Part shown: piece by piece, positions 54,018 through 64,000 of the stretch
Numbering within the stretch: position 1 is the first letter of the stretch
How the letters are laid out: each line of letters begins with the position of its first letter
Origin: Chrysomallon squamiferum
Lineage: Eukaryota > Animalia > Mollusca
Assembly: GCA_012295275.1 (NCBI GenBank)
Contig: CM022677.1
Location: 16,864,001-16,928,000 of the forward strand
Direction of reading: 5' to 3'
DNA length: 64,000 nucleotides
Notes under the pieces: model-generated
Databases searched by the model: none
Told to the model about the DNA's origin: nothing
The model's input: the letters and a program-made list of their open reading frames with translations, nothing else
Translations under genes and position numbers: made by a program

Positions 54018-54586
54018 TACTTTCTGTGTGTGGCTGCTAAGAAAGTCGTGATAAACACGTGACTGAAATTAGATACATTAAAAATTGCTCAACTTGTCAC
54101 GGTACAGTTTGTGCAGTGTAATGTAACGTATAGTTAAAAACCTGTTAAAGAAACAAACAGTTATAAATCTGTCATTCATTATTTTGTCTGTGAAATATTT
54201 ATCTTTTTTCTCAGAAAGTGTATTTATGAAAAGTTATCGTTAACTGTTATGTAGGTCAGATGAAAAAAAAAATAATAATAATGTATTAATAGTTCTGACG
54301 ACAAGAAGCGTTATAGTAGAATCGTTTAAACTGATACGTTTTTTCTGTGTACATACTCTGAGTCAAAGTGATCTAAACACAGACGCTACAAATACCACCT
54401 TTATTTTGTTTTAGTATTTCTTTTTAATTATTATTTATTTATCTGTTTCACTTATTTCTTTTTAATTTATATACTGGTATTTTTGTTTGTTTCTTTCTTT
54501 CATTTTCTTTTCTTTTCTTTCCTTTTCTTTTATTTCACTACAAAAAATACAGTATAATATAGAATACAGTTAATACGTGCTAACAC

Positions 54587-54681
<95 letters not shown>

Positions 54682-55884
54682 TTAAAATAAAATTAATGTC
54701 TCAAAATATAGAACTGTACAAAATATCATTAAAAACGACGACAGTATCAATAATAATCATAATAATAACAACAACAACATAAAAGAAAATAGGAAGAACA
54801 TGTATAATTATTAATTTACAACTATATGACTTCCAAATCGCTAATAGAACTACATTAAAATTATGACGAATATGACCATGATGATGATGATGAAGATGAT
54901 GATAATGAAAATATTTTAACACTATTACAAATACTACTACTATGATGCTGCTACAGCTACTACTACTGCCATTTCTACTATTTGATGCACTGGTACTATT
55001 GCAAGTACTGCTTTTATCATAATTATATAATTGTATTTATTTATGTATTCTAACAGTATTTTATTTTTGTCGGGGAGTAATAGACCACAGAAATCCGATG
55101 TAATTACGAAAATGTCACACAATGACAATGATAAAATACAACACAGGATTAGTTATGGCTGATGCAATAGACAGAAATATTCTAAATCTTAACAAAATAT
55201 GAAACACCTACAAATGTCAAGTACGTCCTTGTCTCTGACTGGTCTTACTGGAACTGATACGTTTCTGTTTGGCAAGGTCACTGAAATGTATTCTGCGTTT
55301 GTTGTTAGTAACATCGTTTGCTCGTAAAACATCTCTGAAATCTAATATCGTACAAGTCACTCTAGAAGGGTAGGACCGCTGTATTATGTTTTCCATTCTA
55401 ATGTCGATATCAGTTTAATTGTTATGTGCTTCTGTTGACGAAGCAACTGACATTGCTGAAAATGTGAATGTGACACTCTAAGGTAATTTAATAAGGGGCA
55501 GATTTGTTTTTAATTTTTTTTTTTTTTTTTTTTTTTGACTTTTTGACTTTTCCCCACGGGACTTGTAAAACATTTTTAAACGTAATTTACAATATTTATT
55601 TATTTTATAGACACAGACATACAAACATAAACATACAGGCAGATGTACACGGAAATAAAAAGCAGTATATTTTATCTTTCAAAAATATATTAACAGCTTT
55701 ATGTCACATACTCTGTATGTGAGAAACAAGCCGTAAAATGCAGTTGGTTGAAATGTTAAGCATTTAATTCTGGTTTACGTTTCTTTCTTATACCTGTTGG
55801 TATGTGTGATTTGATTCTGAATGTGTGACTGGGAAAATGTGTATGTCTATGGCGTATGTTTGTGATGATTTTCTTTATTTGTAA

Positions 55885-55968
<84 letters not shown>

Positions 55969-56034
55969 TTGATATTCTTAAATACAGTTTCATTTTACTA
56001 AATACAGTTTCATATTACTATATCAAAAGAAAAT

Positions 56035-56280
56035 TAATGTGTTTCCAAACAGATTTATTATTTTTTATTCATTCATTTATTTGTTTATTTTTCATAAAAA
56101 AGCTTCTTTTTAACAATTTTAATCTAAAAGCTTGTCTATTCAAGTCAATATTTGGGAAATTAAGAACTTCGTTATTAGCTTCTCCAATTACTGTGTTACA
56201 TTTTGTTTGAAATATTCTTTCATCCCATAAAAAATCTAAAATTAACTTTTTCAATTTGAATTTTGCCCATTTTCAAAATT
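56035..56280 (-). mobile_element. L1/Tx1-like fragment, duplicate
   Basis: Near-identical to 22860-23100. Confidence 0.6.
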
Positions 56281-56705
56281 CATCGTTCTAAAAGCGTATT
56301 GATAACTACAGACCTACCACGCAACGCTAGTTTACGCATTTAATAAACTATGCAAAAGTTCGCAAACTATAACGTATAAAATAGCAGATAATCGACATTT
56401 TTCTAAGAGAAATTTCTATTTCAAAGAATTTAGATAAATGTCCGGTAATTTTTAAAGCACTGAAAAAAAAAAAATAATGTGACACTCCATCAAATGCTTT
56501 CTCAAAGCCAATATTTAGTAAATATAAAGGTATTATTTCATATTTACTGTAATTTACGTCTGCTATCGCTGCAATATTTTCTGATATATATATATGTATG
56601 TACGTATGTTTATATCAATCTATTTCTCTAATTTTACATGTGGGTACAGGAGAGAGAGAGAGAGAGAAGAAGAAGAAGAAGAAGAAGAGAGAGAGAGAGA
56701 GAGAG

Positions 56706-56905
56706 NNNNNNNNNNNNNNNNNNNNNNNNNNNNNNNNNNNNNNNNNNNNNNNNNNNNNNNNNNNNNNNNNNNNNNNNNNNNNNNNNNNNNNNNNNNNNNN
56801 NNNNNNNNNNNNNNNNNNNNNNNNNNNNNNNNNNNNNNNNNNNNNNNNNNNNNNNNNNNNNNNNNNNNNNNNNNNNNNNNNNNNNNNNNNNNNNNNNNNN
56901 NNNNN
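56706..56905. other. Assembly gap (200 N)
   Basis: Run of exactly 200 N. Confidence 0.99.
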
Positions 56906-57328
56906 CCTCACTGGAAAGATAACGACTCGCTGTGTTCTGTGCAGTGAGTCACAGTTATACTCCTCCTCGTACGTCTCCGTCCGTTTCTTTCGCCTCTGAG
57001 TAGGACATCGGTTAATTTGGCAGCGACATTCATCGGTTGTGAGGATGGAGATGGAAGACCGTGCGACTTGACCCAGTTCTCGCTCTATCGTCTGTCCAGT
57101 GAGTTAAGGTTGTTTTCCTTCTCTTTGTCCGTCTGCGTCTTCAACTATGAGAATGATACGAGTGATGTGTACAGGGATATTCATTAGTGTCTGCAAGTCT
57201 GAATCTGTAGAGACGGAAGAGCTTGTCACAGTGTCCACTTCTCACTCTGTCCAGTGAGTTAAGGTTTTCTTTGTCTCTGTCCACATTCATCCCTCTCTAT
57301 CCCCTCGGAGTACGATATCGATCGAGAT

Positions 57329-57623
57329 CAATGGCGGATCTACATTTTTGGGGTCCTGATGCCTGAACTCCTATGGATGCCCTTCGCAAGCCGAAACGAG
57401 GTCTGGGTAACCTCGGAGTTCTTCTTCAATGGGTTTGTTCCAATTCGTATTACCATATTTTTATTTTTGTTTTTATTTTACTATTTTATTTTATTTTTAA
57501 ATTAACCACGGAATGGATTACAATTTTGAAGCGATATTGACTAAAGTCACTTCCGGCAGCCCCATCCTATATTAGTGGCCCTGAATGTTGAGCTTTATTA
57601 GTTTCATGAGAGATCCACTCCTG
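57329..57623. mobile_element. Possible hAT-like MITE in an M13 intron
   Basis: Imperfect TIRs caatggcggatct / agatccactcctg; flanking 8-mers atcgagat and atgaagac match only partly. Confidence 0.35.
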
Positions 57624-57755
57624 ATGAAGACATACATCAGTGTGTGAAGTCTGAGTCTGTAGAGATGGGAGGCCAGTGCATGGTCCTCAGTCTAAAGATG
57701 GTTACTACCTGTATGTCCTGTCCAGTGATTCAACGGTTTGCAATTTTAATTTCAG

Positions 57756-57823
57756 GTCCATAAATCTAGGCGCAATCGGTTTGATTATTGGACACGAAAT
57801 TACTCATGGTTTTGATGATACAG
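57756..57823 (+). CDS. M13 peptidase copy C zinc-binding exon
   Basis: tttcag| ... |gtaaaa; [22 protein letters not shown](G) contains HExxH. Confidence 0.95.
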
Positions 57824-58049
57824 GTAAAAGAATATATATTTAAAAAAAGCAAAAAAACAACAACAAAGAAACACTGATGTCATTAGCATCAACATAAAAC
57901 TAAGAAAAAGAAGAAGGTAAAATAAATAAATATTTAAATAAATAATAATAGAATAATAATAATATAAATAATAATAATATAAATAATAATAATAATTGTT
58001 ATTATTATTATTGTTATTATTATTATTGTTGTTGTTCTTATTGTTTTTA

Positions 58050-58082
<33 letters not shown>

Positions 58083-58091
58083 TTGTTGTTG

Positions 58092-58138
<47 letters not shown>

Positions 58139-58174
58139 TGTTTGCTTGTTTATTTGTTTCTTTCTTTATTTTAG

Positions 58175-58299
58175 GAAGTCAATACGATGAAGATGGAAAT
58201 CTGAACAACTGGTGGGAAAATGTATCACAATCTAAGTTTAAAAAAAAGGCTCAGTGCTTCGTTAGTCAGTATTCAAAATATCAACTGGCCGGTGATCAC
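58175..58299 (+). CDS. M13 peptidase copy C exon
   Basis: ttttag| ... |gtaaat; SQYDEDGNLNNWWENVSQSKFKKKAQCFVSQYSKYQLAGDH. Confidence 0.95.
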
Positions 58300-58566
58300 G
58301 TAAATAAACATATTTAATTATAGCATGTTCCTAAAAGTTAATTACAAGAATTAATAAGTAAATTAATAAAACAAAAATTAAAAATTAAAATTTAAAAAAA
58401 AACAATTTCACTTATTTTGTATGCATTACACGTATAATGTGTGTATATATGTATGTCTGTGTGTGTATGTATGTGTACGTCTGTCTTCCTGCCATAAACG
58501 TGCATGAGTAATAATACTTTAATTTTAATAATAATAATAACAATGATACTTTGATACTTCGTTGAG

Positions 58567-58614
<48 letters not shown>

Positions 58615-58652
58615 GTCACATATAAGGTGTCATGCAGATGTATTCATTTCAG

Positions 58653-58718
58653 GTCAGAGGGTTACAGACACTTGGTGAAAATATCGCAGACAATGGAGGA
58701 GTCAAAGCTGCTTACGCT
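58653..58718 (+). CDS. M13 peptidase copy C exon with the third zinc ligand
   Basis: tttcag| VRGLQTLGENIADNGGVKAAYA |gtctgt; contains the ExxxD motif. Confidence 0.93.
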
Positions 58719-59411
58719 GTCTGTAGCAATAAGGGAAACTGTTGTTGTAGTAGTGATATAAGAAGTAGTAGTAGTAGTAACAGTAGTAATAGTAATAGTA
58801 GTAACTGTAGTAGTAGTAGTAGTTGTGGGAGTAGTAGTAGTAGCAGTAATCGTAGTGGTAATAGTATTAGAAATAATCGTGGTAATAGTATAGTAGTAGT
58901 AGTAGTAGCAATTAAAGTCATATCACGAAACGAAAGCAAAAAATAGTAGTAATAATAAACAAATAAAAATAAAAATAAATTAAAACAAATTTAGAAATAA
59001 AACAAATAAATGAGAAGAAAGGGACACAGCCAAAAAGTATAGTGGTAGTAGTTGCTGAAGTAGTAGCTGTGATAGTAACAGTGTGGTAGAACATGTACTA
59101 GGTATTGTACTTTTACTTATTATGTCTATGTCTGTCTAGGCACCCATCCGTCGGTCTGTCTGAATCTATCTGTCAGTTTATCTATCTGTTTACATTATTA
59201 TTTAGTTTATTATGTCATTGTCTGTTTATCAGTCTATATATTAATTTATATTATTATTTAGATTATTACGTAACTGTCTGTTTATTAGTCTATCTGTATA
59301 CTTACATTATATTTTAGATTATTTTGTAATTTTCTGTTTATCAATTTACCTATTTATTTGGATTATTATTTAGATTATTATGTAATTGTCTCTTTATCAG
59401 TCTGTCTATTT

Positions 59412-62270
59412 ATATTGTTATTTAGTTTATTATGTCATTTCTGTTTTTCTATGTTTAAATTACTGTGTAATTGTCTGTTTACCAATGTATTTGTTTATTT
59501 ATATTATTATTTAGTTTATTATGTCATTTCTGTTTTTCTATGTTTAAATTACTGTGTAATTGTCTGTTTACCAATGTATTTGTTTATTTATATTATTATT
59601 TAGTTTATTATGTCATTTCTGTTTTTCTATGTTTAAATTACTGTGTAATTGTCTGTTTACCAATGTATTTGTTTGTTTATATTATTATTTAGTTTATTAT
59701 GTCATTTCTGTTTTTCTATGTTTAAATTACTGTGTAATTGTCTGTTTACCAATGTATTTGTTTATTTATATTATTATTTAGTTTATTATGTCATTTCTGT
59801 TTTTCTATGTTTAAATTACTGTGTAATTGTCTGTTTTACCAATGTATTTGTTTATTTATATTATTATTTAGTTTATTATGTCATTTCTGTTTTTCTATGT
59901 TTAAATTACTGTGTACTTGTCTGTTTACCAATGTATTTGTTTATTTATATTATTATTTAGTTTATTATGTCATTTCTGTTTTTCTATGTTTAAATTACTG
60001 TGTAAGTGTCTGTTTACAAATGTATTTGTTTATTTATATTATTATTTAGTTTATTATGTCATTTCTGTTTTTCTATGTTTAAATTACTGTGTAAGTGTCT
60101 GTTTACCAATGTATTTGTTTATTTATATTATTATTTATTTTATTATGTCATTTCTGTTTTTCTATGTTTAAATTACTGTGTAAGTGTCTGTTTACCAATG
60201 TATTTGTTTATTTATATTATTATTTAGTTTATTATGTCATTTCTGTTTTTCTATGTTTAAATTACTGTGTAAGTGTCTGTTTACCAATGTATTTGTTTAC
60301 TTATATTATTATTTAGTTTATTATGTCATTTCTGTTTTTCTATGTTTAAATTACTGTGTAATTGTCTGTTTACCAATGTATTTGTTTACTTATATTATTA
60401 TTTAGTTTATTATGTCATTTCTGTTTTTCTATGTTTAAATTACTGTGTAATTGTCTGTTTACCAATGTATTTGTTTATTTATATTATTATTTAGTTTATT
60501 ATGTCATTTCTGTTTTTCTATGTTTAAATTACTGTGTAATTGTCTGTTTACCAATGTATTTGTTTATTTATATTATTATTTAGTTTATTATGTCATTTCT
60601 GTTTTTCTATGTTTAAATTACTGTGTAATTGTCTGTTTACCAATGTATTTGTTTATTTATATTATTATTTAGTTTATTATGTCATTTCTGTTTTTCTATG
60701 TTTAAATTACTGTGTAATTGTCTGTTTACCAATGTATTTGTTTATTTATATTATTATTTAGTTTATTATGTCATTTCTGTTTTTCTATGTTTAAATTACT
60801 GTGTAAGTGTCTGTTTACCAATGTATTTGTTTATTTATATTATTATTTAGTTTATTATGTCATTTCTGTTTTTCTATGTTTAAATTACTGTGTAAGTGTC
60901 TGTTTACCAATGTATTTGTTTATTTTATATTATTATTTAGTTTATTATGTCATTTCTGTTTTTCTATGTTTAAATTACTGTGTAAGTGTCTGTTTACCAA
61001 TGTATTTGTTTATTTATATTATTATTTAGTTTATTATGTCATTTCTGTTTTTCTATGTTTAAATTACTGTGTAATTGTCTGTTTACCAATGTATTTGTTT
61101 ATTTATATTATTATTTAGTTTATTATGTCATTTCTGTTTTCTATGTTTAAATTACTGTGTAATTGTCTGTTTACCAATGTATTTGTTTATTTATATTATT
61201 ATTTAGTTTATTATGTCATTTCTGTTTTTCTATGTTTAAATTACTGTGTAAGTGTCTGTTTACCAATGTATTTGTTTATTTATATTATTATTTAGTTTAT
61301 TATGTCATTTCTGTTTTCTGTGTTTAAATTACTGTGTAATTGTCTGTTTACCAATGTATTTGTTTATTTATATTATTATTTAGTTTATTATGTCATTTCT
61401 GTTTTCTATGTTTAAATTACTGTGTAAGTGTCTGTTTACCAATGTATTTGTTTATTTATATTATTATTTAGTTTATTATGTCATTTCTGTTTTTCTATGT
61501 TTAAATTACTGTGTAAGTGTCTGTTTACCAATGTATTTGTTTATTTATATTATTATTTAGTTTATTATGTCATTTCTGTTTTTCTATGTTTAAATTACTG
61601 TGTAATTGTCTGTTTACCAATGTATTTGTTTATTTATATTATTATTTAGTTTATTATGTCATTTCTGTTTTTCTATGTTTAAATTACTGTGTAATTGTCT
61701 GTTTACCAATGTATTTGTTTATTTATATTATTATTTAGTTTATTATGTCATTTCTGTTTTTCTATGTTTAAATTACTGTGTAATTGTCTGTTTACCAATG
61801 TATTTGTTTATTTATATTATTATTTATTTTATTATGTCATTTCTGTTTTTCTATGTTTAAATTACTGTGTAATTGTCTGTTTACCAATGTATTTGTTTAT
61901 TTATATTATTATTTAGTTTATTATGTCATTTCTGTTTTTCTATGTTTAAATTACTGTGTAAGTGTCTGTTTACCAATGTATTTGTTTATTTATATTATTA
62001 TTTAGTTTATTATGTCATTTCTGTTTTTCTATGTTTAAATTACTGTGTAATTGTCTGTTTACCAATGTATTTGTTTATTTATATTATTATTTTGTTTATT
62101 ATGTCATTTCTGTTTTTCTATGTTTAAATTACTGTGTAAGTGTCTGTTTACCAATGTATTTGTTTATTTATATTATTATTTAGTTTATTATGTCATTTCT
62201 GTTTTTCTATGTTTAAATTACTGTGTAATTGTCTGTTTACCAATGTATTTGTTTATTTATATTATTATTT
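59412..62270. repeat. 89-bp intronic minisatellite, about 32 units
   Basis: Same unit as 826-2620. Confidence 0.97.
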
Positions 62271-62360
62271 AAATGATTGTGTCTAGATCTATTTATCAGC
62301 CTATCTATGTGTTTGTTTATTAATGTACAGAATATTCATATTTTTCATACAAAATTACAG

Positions 62361-62456
62361 GCTCTTGAAAAATGGTTAGATGAAGGGAAAGGAGAAAAGC
62401 TTCTTCCTGGACTGAACTTCACACACAAACAACTTTTCTTTGTTAGCCTTGCTCAG
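62361..62456 (+). CDS. M13 peptidase copy C exon
   Basis: ttacag| ALEKWLD...FVSLAQ |gtaaat. Confidence 0.92.
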
Positions 62457-62650
62457 GTAAATTTCAATTCCTGTAATCTAGTTATATTTACAAACAACTT
62501 TTCCTTCATAACTTTCAATTAGTGCAGCTATTATTTCCAACAACAACAAGAAATATTAAATAAAACAAATAACTAAATAACTAAATAAATAAATAATAAA
62601 TTCCTTGTTGGCTTTGCTCAAGTAAATTCCATTTATTCCTAGTTCTTTGT

Positions 62651-62709
<59 letters not shown>

Positions 62710-62710
62710 T

Positions 62711-62745
<35 letters not shown>

Positions 62746-62953
62746 CGTCATCATCATCATTACTATTATTATTATTAATATTTGAGAGATAGTGCTCTTT
62801 AACAATAAAAATGTCAGAAACAATCATAAATTTAAAGTAATCACTGCTAATAGCTGTGTATGTGTGTGTGTGTGTGTTTACATACATATCGGTGTGTGTG
62901 TATATGTGTGTAAATATATATATATATATATTGATTTATTTCTATTACTGAAG

Positions 62954-63030
62954 GCATGGTGTGGCAAGTTAACCAAAAACGGTGCCAAGTACCAGATAGT
63001 TGCCGATGTTCACTCTCCTAACAAATTTAG
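62954..63030 (+). CDS. M13 peptidase copy C exon
   Basis: AWCGK...VHSPNKF(R) |gtaagt. Confidence 0.92.
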
Positions 63031-63352
63031 GTAAGTAATTACTAATTACAGTATATATGTTCTAGAATAATAATAATAATAATAATAATGAAAATAACGA
63101 AGCTATGTTCATCGTTATATTTTTTCATTGTTTTGTTTCTTGTTATCAGTGGCTCTCCGTATTTACTTGCTTGTTTTCTTTTTTTCTTTTTTTTTCTCTT
63201 TTTTTTTTCTGTCTGTTCTTTCGAAGGAGGGTGGTGGTTGAATTTGTTTTCTAGATAATGGGGAAGTTATTTCATTAATATTGCTGCTGCTGTTATTACT
63301 ATCTATTATCTATTATTGTTGTTATTACTGCTGTTGCTGTTGTTACTGCTAT

Positions 63353-63384
<32 letters not shown>

Positions 63385-63500
63385 TTAAGTTCTCGAACTA
63401 TTTTTGTTACTACTATTGTCATACTTTTTTAATATCACCATCATTATCCACATTATTACATTTTGTTTTCTTCTTAGTACATATAAGTTATATTTTTCAG

Positions 63501-63600
63501 GATTATCGGTTCAGTTTCAAACAATGAGCATTTTGCTGAACAGTTTAAGTGCCCTGTCGGTTCTCCAATGAATCCAGAAAAGGAATGTCATTTGTGGTGA
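63501..63600 (+). CDS. M13 peptidase copy C terminal exon
   Basis: IIGSVSNN...[16 protein letters not shown], identical to copy A. Confidence 0.93.
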
Positions 63601-64000
63601 AACGTTACTGGTGTCACAGTATGAATGAAACATGTCTCCATAATTATGTGTTGTATGTTTCTGTGATATTTCTATAACTTTTACTGTTTTTTTAAAACAA
63701 ATATTTACTGTTTTTGAAAATCCTGTGGCAGCACAAATAAACATTATTTTTTAAAATTCTTCGTATTATTATTATTTAGTTGTGTTTGACTGACCAATGG
63801 TTATTAATGCAAAATAATGATAACACTACTGATATAGATAAATACTGACACATGAACCTATATAATGAAAAATGAAACAAAAACCTGTGTCCTAAATAAT
63901 GAAAAAAACAACAGTCTGTGTCTTTGTTAAGAAAACATGAACCTGTCATTTGAATAAAGAAACACAGACGTGTCATGAATAATGAAAAATGGTTCTGCAT

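Larger units (their letters stand above)
28761..56705. repeat. Segmental duplication block II (paralogous to ~2599-23590)
   Basis: Same order as block I: M13 3' exons, 24-bp repeat, P4HA relics, 1.78 kb repeat, BTB 3' flank and gene, 66-bp repeat, LINE fragment, (GA)n. Confidence 0.93.

Overview
AT-rich, microsatellite-rich, intron-containing animal DNA, probably an invertebrate such as a mollusc (inference), with a 200-N scaffold gap at 56706-56905. The window is a tandem segmental duplication: block I is ~2599-23590, block II is ~28761-56705, and a further copy starts after the gap. It holds: (1) the 3' exons of an M13 neprilysin/ECE-type zinc metallopeptidase on the + strand, in three copies; (2) many intronless, decayed prolyl 4-hydroxylase alpha (P4HA)-like copies on the - strand, several hidden inside a ~1.78 kb tandem repeat; (3) two BTB-BACK-PHR (BTBD3/6-like) loci on the - strand built from symmetric phase-2 exon modules; (4) 89, 24 and 66 bp minisatellites and Tc1, Tigger, L1/Tx1 and MITE relics. 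BTB locus 1 splices in frame into a 561-aa double-BTB protein. BTB locus 2 carries an array of four open, frame-preserving, mutually divergent micro-exons upstream of an intact BACK-PHR exon, which is the most intriguing signal here. All gene models were read by hand from splice sites and translation, with no expression data. Most ORFs in the supplied track are repeat artefacts.
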